Translations under genes and position numbers: made by a program
From: Azolla caroliniana
Lineage: Eukaryota > Plantae > Polypodiophyta
Assembly: GCA_043228905.1 (NCBI GenBank)
Contig: JBHGNT010000569.1
Span: 1-20,441, forward strand
Reading direction: 5' to 3'
DNA: 20,441 nucleotides
Notes under the pieces: generated by a model
Seen by the model: the letters and a program-made list of their open reading frames with translations, nothing else
Databases searched by the model: none
What the model was told of the DNA's origin: nothing
Shown: piece by piece, positions 1 to 9,799 of the stretch
Layout: every line of letters starts with the position of its first letter
Numbering within the stretch: the stretch's first letter is position 1

Positions 1-367
1 AGCCTCTTCTTTGGTGTGCTTGCGCTCGCTTAAGGGCAGCGATAAGGGCATTAGAATAAGCTGGTTGGCTGGTGGAGGAGGGAGAGAGCGGGGTGGGGGT
101 GGGGGTGGGGGCAGATTGTAGGCGTTCAAGCGCGATGCTAAGGCAAAGTTCAAGAGCTCGGCATTGCGGGAGGTGGTTTGTGTGGGGGTGGGTCTGGAGG
201 CACGCACGCCGGAGTGGGCTCGTGGGGGAGACAAGCAGTGTGGCTGCCACGTGAAGCGGGGTCGCTTGGGCGTGCCCACGCTTGCATGCATCAGCCACAG
301 CATGTTTCAGCACTGCAGCCGCCTCAGAAGTTAGGGTTTGCTGAACCGTGCTCACTCCCGCTCTCAT
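1..367 (-). CDS. SMXL: SMAX1/SMXL family protein (SUPPRESSOR OF MAX2 1-like; double Clp-N domain N-terminus), 5' part of CDS, continues beyond window start
   Basis: Manual minus-strand translation from ATG at 367-365 (context accgccATGa) has no stop to the window edge: [122 protein letters not shown]. It matches the diagnostic SMAX1/SMXL motifs [38 protein letters not shown]...ALERL and [17 protein letters not shown]. The exact subclade cannot be resolved from this fragment. Confidence 0.96.
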   Translation of the reverse strand, partial: MRAGVSTVQQTLTSEAAAVLKHAVADACKRGHAQATPLHVAATLLVSPTSPLRRACLQTHPHTNHLPQCRALELCLSIALERLQSAPTPTPTPLSPSSTSQPAYSNALIAALKRAQAHQRRG

Positions 368-970
368 GGCGGTACTGGGTAATGATGTTCGCGTTCTTTT
401 AGGTTTAGGTTAGGGTTAGGGTTTGGATTTGGATTTGGATTTGGACGCCTATTCCAATTAGCTTGTCCAAATTCTTCGGAGCGCCTGTCCACTTCAGGAT
501 GAGGTTCGCCGTTTGTTTTGGATGGGAAGACAGTGTTTAAGCTTGTTTCGTTTAGGGTTGGTTTAGAGCCTTAATGGTTTGGGTTTGGATTTGGATTTGG
601 CTGCCAAATTAGATACTGTGTGGTATGGATGGACCACCTATTTCAGGATTAGGTTAACACTTGTTTTGGGGACAGCCACATTCAGATGGCTGCCTGCCTG
701 ATTCGATACCTTTGTTTTGGATGGAGTGCCCTATTCCAAGGTGAGCTTTTGTGCTCGAAATGGGGCCGCCTTAACCTGCCTTAATCTGAGATCTTGTTTG
801 TTTGCTATAGCCCCGAGGTTCTATAGTTTCCTGGCGATCCGAGAGTCTACATTTTTCGGTAGTCGGGGCCAAGCAAGCCCCGACAGGGTTTCCATGAAGA
901 GATGCAGGATGGATATATCAGAATTCTCAATCTCTTATACAATTCTCTCTCTCTTTCAAAGATCTATGCA
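368..970 (-). promoter_or_regulatory. Putative long 5' UTR exon of SMXL containing three uAUGs
   Basis: The upstream boundary is a strong minus-strand acceptor (ttttgttttctttacAG, AG at 972-971). The sense strand is A/C-rich rather than U-rich. uAUGs lie at 895, 852 and 681. Confidence 0.5.
398..675. repeat. Two degenerate ~160-bp copies with telomere-like TTAGGG/TTTAGG and (TTTGGA)n tracts; telo-box AAACCCTAA on SMXL sense strand at 424-416
   Basis: tttaggtttaggttagggttagggtttggatttggatttggatttgg at ~398-444 and tttagggtt...gggtttggatttggatttgg at 551-600. Both are followed by ttcaggat.aggtt...ttgtttt(gg)...gacag. Confidence 0.7.
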
Positions 971-1398
971 CTGTAAAGAAAACAAAATATGATCTTCGTC
1001 TTCTTCTTCTTCTTCTTCTGTGTGTGTGTTTACTCCTCTGTTTCTTTTGCAAAAGTGGGGAAGAACCTATAGTATTAATGCTCTGTATTGCTAGCACCTC
1101 AGTTTCTTAGCCAAAGCAAAACAAAAAAAAATATAACAAAAAGCTTTCTTCTACAAATGCTCTGTTTCCTTGCAAAAGAAGAGAGAAAAATCTATGATCT
1201 TCTGAATGGAAGGAATCTCTGTCTCTGTGTCCTTTCTGTGTCTTATCTTTGCTTCCTCTGATACACTAATTCTCTGCCTCTCTTGAGGCATGTGTGGTCT
1301 TCATAGATGGGGAAGGGAGCTATGGAAAACCAAGTAAATGGAAGGGGTTCTTTGTTTTTCTCTCTGATGAGAGGAATTGAGAGAGGTAATGGGGAAGG

Positions 1399-1434
<36 letters not shown>

Positions 1435-1472
1435 CAAGACAAGAACAAAAACCCACTTTCCCTCATACACAC
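971..1472 (-). other. Candidate 5' UTR intron of SMXL
   Basis: The acceptor at 972-971 has a polypyrimidine tract. The best nearby donor is CAG|GTGTGT at 1472, and the sequence upstream of it is CT-rich on the sense strand, like a plant leader exon. The donor is uncertain; alternative GTAAGC donors lie at 1929 and 2110. Confidence 0.35.
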
Positions 1473-1672
1473 CTGTTTCTGTGTGTTAAAAAGGGAGAGA
1501 GAGAGAGAGAGAGAGAGAGATGTGGAGCCTTTCTCTCCCCTTTCTCTGTGTAATATAAACATAATATGTCTATTTTTTTTCCTCTTCTTTCTCTCTCTCT
1601 CTCTCTCTCTCTCTAGACTTTTCTCTCTACCTCCCCACTTTTTCTCTAGTTACTAAACTAATCTGCAGCACC

Positions 1673-1704
<32 letters not shown>

Positions 1705-2036
1705 AGATCCCCTGTTCCCAAAAGAGTCCAACTCTGCCTCTCCATCTACCTCTAACTATAACTCTTGACTCTCTAACTCTACCTCTAACTCTAACTCTAA
1801 CTCTGCCTATCTATCCCTTAACTCTAACTCTAACTCTAACTCTAACTCTTTGACTCTTTGCGTCTCCATTCTAACTCTGCCTCTATCTCGTCCATCCCCT
1901 CCCGTCCGGTCAACGTGTCCGAAGCTTACGTACACAAGGTTTTAGACAATTTGCCCACCTGATCTATCTTTCGCCTAACTTCTAAGGAATGAATCCCTCC
2001 CTCACCAAAGCAGAGAGAGAGAGAGAGAGAGAGAGA
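1399..2036. repeat. Cluster of (GA)n/(CT)n microsatellites (GAGA elements) upstream of SMXL
   Basis: Tracts at ~1399-1434, 1495-1520, 1591-1614, 1679-1704 and 2012-2036. Confidence 0.9.
1750..1878. repeat. Degenerate (CTCTAA)n hexamer array (TTAGAG on minus strand)
   Basis: Runs such as ctctaactctaactctaa at 1783-1800 and ~1822-1846, with ctctac/ctctgc variants between them. Confidence 0.85.
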
Positions 2037-2081
2037 CCCCCTCCCGTACCACCATTTTGTCCTCTTTCGACTCGCAAAATG

Positions 2082-2091
2082 GCCACGTGTC
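2082..2091. promoter_or_regulatory. G-box/ABRE (GCCACGTGTC) upstream of SMXL
   Basis: CACGTG core at 2084-2089 reads GACACGTGGC on the gene's strand. A second ABRE-like ACGTGTC lies at 1913-1919. Function is not demonstrated. Confidence 0.4.
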
Positions 2092-5075
2092 CCCCTTTAT
2101 GCTTGCTTACATGACACTTTGTGTTCACAAATCGAACACATCTAGAGAGGACCATACACCCATGTGATAACATGTATGCTCCTCCCTCACTTCCTCTCCT
2201 TTGATATCTCAACACTTGGAAAGGTCAATATATTGGTTCGTCACACTTCGTGCATGCAATGTGAAAGAAGCGAGGCCAGACGCTCCATAAGTGTACTTGA
2301 CCAGAGACAACCTACCCCTTTTTCCAAGGAGGCATATCTTGCAATCTCGGCCGTCCCCTGATGAATAAAGTTTCCATTCCCTTGTCCCACACACGTTGTG
2401 TACACTATAATATCTCCCATCCCCCCCACCCTTTATCTCATAAATATGTAGATATAGATATACGCGCAAAGATAATATAGTATGACACTGTATTAGGTGG
2501 CCACATACATCCACTATACTTATGTATGGTATCCATATTCATGATCATATATTGTACAATGGAACATTATAAAAGAAAGGGTGCCAAAGGTGTCCTAAAA
2601 AGGTGAAAGGACTACCTGTCTTCCTTTATTAAAATGCTCATTGGTCCAAAACATTTCAACCAAAGTACTCATGAGTGACACCTCTCTTCATATTTAGCCC
2701 ATGTGTACATGTCTTCCATGTCATGCCAACACAAGGTTTTATTGTTTTACTCCCTACATACATTGAATCCTTGGAGTGTTTGACATGAGAGGGTGTCTAA
2801 TGTTGACTAGATAAGGGCAATGCACGCCTAGCACTCCTCGACCGCAACTCCTTCTTACTAAAAGCTCGTACACATGCATCATTTGCTTTGCGATTATTGT
2901 TTGAGACACTCGCTTGCATTTCTCAAAGTTGTACAAGGTTCTACTTTTTGCCAATTTATTTTGTTCTTGCTATGAACCCATCTATTGGCATCATTGTTCT
3001 TGCCCCCCCCCTCCCGACCACCATTCCTTGCTAAAAGCTCTTCCACTTGTAAATCTATGTACACTAATTACCATTTTTATATATTTGCTTGCATTGGTTA
3101 TCTTTACACATTGCTCCGTTTTGTTGCCACACTAAGGGTATTATGTACCTAATGTGCCCAAATGTCATTCATCTCCATTCATCTCCTTGCATGATAATTG
3201 CCACATTCAACATAATAAAGATTTTGGAGTGCGACATGCCTAGCATTCTCCTTATACTCACTAAGAGCATTTACATGTGTAGCCTTGATTGGACTCACTT
3301 ACGAGTTTGAGCATTGTGCATCTTAAATGCTATGTCCTTGCATGATTCTTGGTCAAAAAAATAAAACATCTATGATATTTGTGTTTAGCCTTGACAAATG
3401 ATTTTGATTCACCTTGTTGACACTCGAAACATGTAGAAGCTCTTGGGTTAAGATCATGTTTTGAGCATTCTAGTTACTTATCATTTCACCCACCTCTACT
3501 CAAGTTTTAAACCCAATAAAAGAACTTTATTATTTTGTTTATGTTTTGGCACACAAGTAAGTTGTGCATTGCAATATCCCAGCTAAGCAAATTACAGCTC
3601 AAAAACAAATTAAAGCCAAAGAATTATCTCGACACCAACCCATTACCTTACCATTGCTTTTGATGCATAAGATGTGCGAGTTAGCTAGGTGCATACTCAT
3701 ATCCAAACTTCCAACATAACCACAAGTCAATTTTTGAGATCATTTCTTTTCTCACTTTCTAATTCCATTAATTAAGTTGCCTTTTCTAGAGCTAACATTA
3801 ATCACATTGGAGATAAAAAAGAGAAGGGTGAGAGGGCATTATTGGATGATATTGTTGTTGCTTGAAACTTGCATATTCACAAGAAAGACTCTGCCAGTAT
3901 ATGACGCCAAATGTGAGCCCCATATAATTTTGATGTATCATGCGATTGGCATGCTATTTTTCAGATGAAAACTTTTAATAACTTTTAAACCCCATGATTT
4001 TGAAAGGTAAGGCCCTTTCCCTCTTCAGCCAAAAATATGTGTTGTATCCCTAAAAGAAGACATAAAAGAGGTAAGCCCACAACATGTATCCCAACTATAA
4101 ACAATTGTAAAACTTACCAAAACATGCTTATATGTGTTGAAGTCAAAAAGCATGCTCATTTCATTGCTAAATCGCCTATGTATGTTTCGCCAAAGTTTTG
4201 ACAATATAATTTGGGAGCCACCTATAGCTGTAGCTTGGAAAGGAGTGCCTTGTCTTAGGTGGCTCAATCACCATTCTTATAGACTACTATAACTCTTCAC
4301 ATTACACAAGAGCCAAGTAAGTATTTTAAAGAAAAGGTTATGCAATTCAAAAATATATTTTTTCTCTCTTATTTTGATTGTTTACAACATGCAATCTAGT
4401 GTTTCACCACCTTGTTATCAGAAGGCTATCAATCTATAGAAATACAAGAAAAATTTGGAATACCAATTGATGTATTCTGTGCAACTTTTCGTTTTTCTAA
4501 AATAGTCATAAATAAAAGCCATTTTGATTTGTTTGCATGGATGACGAATATCAATAATCTTAGCTCTATAATTATCCACTTGGTCAGCACCAAACACGAT
4601 TTATACTATGCAAAATTTATATACAAGAGATTGACATGTATGCACTATTATTGTAAGTGCATGCTATAATTTAGGAGGATGTAAGTTGAGAGAGATGTTA
4701 TACTATGCCCCCCAACATGATGAAGATATCTCTTCAAGTGCCTTGTGGTTACAACGGACAATTTACAACGATATTCCTTAGGCAACAAAAGGTGGTTGTA
4801 GTTATGTCTAGTAATGCAACTTCAGAGGTTAGGGCTTGCACCATTGTAATAAAAAAAGTCAATAAAATAGGTAGTTGTTGAGGAGAAAGATGGAAGATCA
4901 TAGTGTGGAAATCAAAGGCATATTATAGGTCATGCATATAGATACATTATTTTTGTAAAATCTCTTAAAGACTAGCCATGTCTTGACACCCAAATGACAC
5001 AAGACCATGTTTTTATCACCTTATGCAAATAGGTGTGCACAATGTATCCTTGATGTCACCTTGAGGGTTACAAAC

Positions 5076-5184
5076 TTTGGACTAAATCTTAGAACCCTAT
5101 CTTTGATAAGGGTATATACGAATGCAGATTTGGACTAAATCCTAGAACCTTGTCCTTGATAGGGGTATAGGTGGAATGCTGATT
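5076..5184. repeat. Tandem duplication, ~53-bp unit x2
   Basis: tttggactaaatcttagaaccctatctttgataagggtata (5076-5116) vs tttggactaaatcctagaaccttgtccttgataggggtata (5129-5169). Confidence 0.85.
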
Positions 5185-5653
5185 AGCACAATGAATTCTT
5201 TTAACTCCAGTTGTCATGCTTCACATAATGTGCATAGATGATGAAGGGAAAATAAAATGATAGCGTAATAGTCATCCTTTCGAGCAACCATTTTCATGCA
5301 ACGATAAAAAACATTGTCCTATTTATCCTTGGAAATCATACTTCATATTGTCAATGTAATAATTTAGAAATAGGATCGAACACTCATGGCACCAAGCAAC
5401 CTTTGCTTGGGGGATCATTTCTTTTTGTCTCAATTTTAAGCAACACATCTTGAATGGACATTGGAGGCAAAGACATTGGAGTAGTAGCTAGAGAAGTTAC
5501 TTTAGCACCAATCCTACTAGATATTGCAAAGTTCTTACTATCCAACATTCAAGCGTTCATGATTCATGTTATTGTATTAATATTACTAAAAGGTGTTCCA
5601 TTTGTGTCCAACCTCATTTAATTCTTGTTAGCTAGGCTCATCGATCCAAGGTG

Positions 5654-6050
5654 TGAAAGGGCTGGAAGGCCGAAAAGAGGAAGTAGCCAGACAAGTACGA
5701 GTAATATCTAAGGCCGAATAAATATGGCAAGTAGAAAAAATGTAAAATACTAGGAGTAGTTATAATTGTTTTGTTAGTTGCTGAAAACGGCATGAACTTT
5801 CTTGATGTAACCTATCCATGCTTCCTATAAAAAGGGGCATGAAGCATTGTAAAAACTATCGGTCTGTAAGTGTTTATCAGTCTTAATATAATTTTTATTT
5901 GGGAATATGATGTCTATGTTTTTCTGAGTATATTTCTAAGTGTACTATTTATTGTGTAAGCCGATCGGTTGTAATTGACACAAACAGTGTGCCGATCACT
6001 TGTACCAAGCAACCGATCAGGTATAATTTGTGTGATTAACCTTTCTATCA
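5654..6050 (+). mobile_element. Possible degenerate solo LTR
   Basis: TG...CA ends with an imperfect terminal IR (tgaaag / ctatca), a TATA-like ctataaaaaggggc at ~5825 and a T-rich U5-like tail. The TSD match is poor (aggtg/atatg), so boundaries are tentative. Confidence 0.35.
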
Positions 6051-6726
6051 ATATGTGACTAGTAAGTGTAAGCCCATACCTCCAACCACAAACCTTGGTA
6101 AGGTTCCTTGGGGATTAAGTATTTGACCCGTGTTTACCAAGAGGGTATAACACAATTTGGCATGCCTCGCACGAGTGAACCATAAGAGATTAAGAGGACA
6201 AATAAATGCAAAGGTGGACATTAAGATTAGCATTTCTTTTAGTATTAGGTGCTATAGAAAAAGGGGTGTAGGACATGGGAAAAAGGCATGGTGCATGCGA
6301 CAATGAAAAAGCACCCACTATTTTTATGTGAGCGAGAGCCTCTCGAAATACTATAAAAGGGTGAAAAGGGCTCATTGTTAGGAGTGGTTAGAAACAAGGT
6401 AGAAGGATTATTGATATCCGGAGAAAGCCAAGGGGTTGTGAATCAAGAGACATGCAAGATCAACAATGACAAAGGCAATGTGGCCATTGTTCGTCGAGAC
6501 ATTGCATCGAAACTCGAGGATCTCCCCCCTGAAGCTATATTCGCGCGCGTGAATTATCATCTTACCAAAAATTTCGAACAATAGGAGTCAAACCCGCCAC
6601 GTTGATCAGAACCAACGTCTTGTCCACCGGATGACACCTGAAGTTAGGGAAAATAAACACGTTTTTTAAAAATTACTTGAGCGTCCCCCACAAGGCTATA
6701 AAAGTAGATGGAGGAAAAAGGGAGCC

Positions 6727-6832
6727 TTCGACTAGGGTCAAAGGCCCCCCCTTTGACTAAACATTCAACTAGAACGTTCTAGTTGAACGTCCAACTAGTC
6801 GAACAAGGACTAACCAACATTCGAGTCGAATG
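6727..6832. repeat. Cluster of nested inverted repeats/palindromes
   Basis: An outer stem ttcgactag (6727-6735)/ctagtcgaa (6795-6803) encloses the hairpin gtcaaagg/cctttgac (6737-6757) and the perfect 24-bp palindrome ttcaactagaacgttctagttgaa (6764-6787). cattcga-g-tcgaatg follows at 6818-6832. Confidence 0.85.
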
Positions 6833-6967
6833 CCTATGCAACTCTTCTCCTTCGTTGCCACCACTTGTGATCGCCGTCACCATCGCTATCCGTTGTCGCG
6901 GCTAACACCAACCGTCACGGGTGATGTCAACCAACATTCTCCATTAAAAAACTATACAAATATGCAT

Positions 6968-7300
6968 ACACACACACACACACACACACACATAAATATT
7001 TATGTATAAACAAAATAAATTAAAATAGAATAACAAACAATAATATTCATAAAGAATAAGTAATTAAATAAATAATAAGTAATAAAAAATTGTTGTTATT
7101 ATTATTATTATTATTAAATAAAGTATTAAAATATAATAATTAAACAAAGAAATGAACAAAAATAAATAGATAATATGTAAATAAATAAAATAAAATAAAA
7201 TAACCATTACTTATAAATGTTAATAATAACTATATTAGCAAAATAAAATAGGGAAATAAATAAATAAAATAATAAGAATACTAATAATAGTAACGAAAAT
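6968..7300. repeat. (CA)n microsatellite followed by extremely AT-rich low-complexity tract
   Basis: (CA)n at ~6968-6992, then (AAAT)/(TTA)-type low complexity to ~7300. Confidence 0.85.
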
Positions 7301-7562
7301 ACTTACCACTCTCCTCGACAAATACCTATACACACTCAACTTGGCGTGCATGAAAAATAGTCACATGCAGTTTATGCGATTCCACAAATAAAAATTTAAG
7401 TAAAATCCAACCTCGACAAAAAGAAAGCTAGAGTGAACGTTGACATCCTTGAACACTAAACCTAGAAAACTCAAGTCAACCCATGCTATGTGGTTCAAGT
7501 CCCCGATGGTCCTGCTCAAAAATCACATACACGCGTGTAACTTCGTGACATTGTATTCTATA

Positions 7563-7840
7563 AGTACATGTAAAATATGTTACATACGTGTCAAGTTTTT
7601 CTAAAATTATTTTTTTATTCTTTTTAACTTTTGAGAAATGTTAAATACTTGTTAAATACGTTGAATACTTGGAGTACATGAAATATGCGAATAAAAAATT
7701 AATAGTATATGTAAAATATGTTACATATGTGTCAAATTTTAAAGTTTTTCTAAAATTATTGTTTTGATTCTATTTTACTTTTGAGAAATGTTAAATACTT
7801 GTTAAATACGTTGAATACTTGGAATACATGAAATACGTGA
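7563..7840. repeat. Tandem duplication, ~141-bp period x2
   Basis: Copies start at 7563 and 7704 (agta(c/t)atgtaaaatatgttacata(c/t)gtgtcaa...acttttgagaaatgttaaatacttgttaaatacgttgaatacttgga). Confidence 0.9.
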
Positions 7841-8402
7841 AATATTTTGAAATGGTAGTTCTAAAACATAGAATATGTGTTGAATACTTCAGAGTATTCT
7901 AAACAAAGAATATGCACTTTTTAACAACTATGGATTTTACAAAATTCTTCTCCATAATTATAATAGACAACTACCTCTATGCACAATATGTTTACACTCC
8001 ATCTACACCCGTTTGGTGTATGCATCTACATTTGGAAGGTGTAGGAAGCCTATAATGCCAACTCTTGCCGTATGGCTATGTATTCTGACCCTCGACTCGC
8101 TCTCACATGTTGACCCACGCGATCAATGATCGTGATCAAACATTAACTGATAACTAGTGATAAGGATCTAATTGCCAATAAATCCGTATCAATGCACAAC
8201 ACTACTCGAGACAACTAGCAAAGAGCGCATTTATTATGGCCTCCATGATATTTTCCAACGTAAATGACTTTAACAATATAATCCACTTCTTCTTAGCACA
8301 CTTTCGAATAAAGTCATATTGCAACTTCATGTACACGGTCCTTGTGTGGAAGGTTATATTCCATGCCAATATGATCAAACTCTAATTGTCATTGTCAAAG
8401 GT

Positions 8403-8563
8403 TAGGCTTTAGCAAATCACTCTCATGTCAACAACTAGATGGGAGAGACACAATGCTTTGTTGTAATAATTCTTCTATTATCACAATAGGCTTTAGCAGA
8501 TCACCCTCATGTCAACAACTAGATGGGAGAGACACGATGCTTCATTGTAATAATTCTTTTATT
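8403..8563. repeat. Tandem duplication, 84-bp period x2
   Basis: taggctttagca(a/g)atcac(t/c)ctcatgtcaacaactagatgggagagacac... at 8403 and 8487. Confidence 0.9.
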
Positions 8564-8862
8564 CTTGATGCCTTCATGCAATCCTAGCGTCTCTACAATT
8601 TCAATGATGTATCCCACAATTATATTTCTATTGTTTGCACAACTAATGTAGTCCATGCCCGAGTGACAAAGCATTGATCTCTTCAATCCTTATGGATAAT
8701 GAATTTGTCAATTGTCTCACATTCCCGTCACCACCAAGGTTACTACTTACACTCACTAGGAAGATTAAATATTCCTTTTTAAGGCCATTTTGGTGGTAGT
8801 TGTAGAAATCAAAGAATAAAAGGTTAAGTCACTTGAGGTAGGTACAAGGAAGCAAAAATTGA

Positions 8863-9206
8863 ATCACATTAGTTGTATGCTACAGTTGGTGTCCTTATTT
8901 GTTCTTCATCCAATCTCATATTCAAGTGACAGAGAGTGAGAGCCTTCTCTTGGTTAGGAGTGGAAAAGAATGAAGGAAGGGGAATAGGGTTATCATCGAT
9001 TATGCTTGGGGGAACTAATTTCAATTATCTTGAAGGTTGGATCACATTAGCTACACGTTACTCTTGGTGTCCTTAGTTTTTCATCATTCAATCTCATATT
9101 TTGAGTGACATAGAGTGAGAGCCTCTTCTATTGGTCAAGAGTGGAGGTGAATTAAGGAATGGGAATAGAGTTAGCATTGGTTCTACTTGGGGGAACTGAT
9201 TTCGAT
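8863..9206. repeat. Diverged tandem duplication, ~178-bp period x2
   Basis: atcacattag...ttggtgtcctta...caatctcatatt...agtgaca.agagtgagagcct...cttgggggaact at 8863-9025 and 9041-9206. The (tg)cttgggg(g)a motif recurs near 9354 and 9461. Confidence 0.8.
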
Positions 9207-9799
9207 AACCAATTTATCTTCTTTTTGTATTTTCTATATTATTTCAGGTCAACCGGCTTATCTACTCTGACTTTGTCGTTTTCATACACTCGGTGGAGAG
9301 GAACTTCTTTTCATTAGAGAGGGGAAGGCCTTTAAGGATGTATTGGATGACTTTGCTTGGGGGAGTCAATTCAACATAATTTTTTGTATGGTTCTTATTG
9401 TGTAGATGATGGATGGGAAGGATGAGGGAATAAAGACAATAAGGTTGTTTGGTTTGCCTTTGCTTGGGGAAGTCGTCCTTATAGGTGGAAAGAATAAAAA
9501 AAACAATTTTTAAAAATCTAAGTTTGTGGTAGAGATGGATGATGTTAATGGAGGACGAAGCATTTCTAAGGAATGACAGGGAAGCTTGATTATGTGTTGA
9601 TTTAATTTTTAAATTTGGGGAGTGGTTTTCTCATTTTTCTTGTGTGGATGAGTGGAGACAAATTGTGAAAGTCTTTATCACTTTGATAACATGCCCTACA
9701 TCTTTCTGTCATCGGCATACATTTTTCGACTCCATCCATTGGAATTCATTGGCAAAGACTCGATCAAATTGCAAGGATTTCTAAAGTTGGTTGATTTTG

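Noticed and set aside
72-402. Plus-strand ORFs 72-254 and 178-402
   Set aside because: They are antisense shadows of the GC-rich SMXL coding exon.
398-444. True telomere or chromosome-healing site
   Set aside because: Only two or three mixed units, embedded in a gene leader, with no long TTTAGGG array.
1243-2215. ORFs with LSLSLS/ERERER runs
   Set aside because: These are translations of GA/CT microsatellites.
5383-5548. 55-codon minus-strand ORF (MLDSKNFAISS...PPSKGCLVP) and hairpin ccaagcaa/ttgcttgg at 5392-5410
   Set aside because: Short, with no recognisable motif; an isolated 8-bp stem is expected by chance in 20 kb.
7563-9206. CRISPR-like repeat array
   Set aside because: Eukaryotic context, two-copy tandem duplications without unique spacers, and no cas genes.
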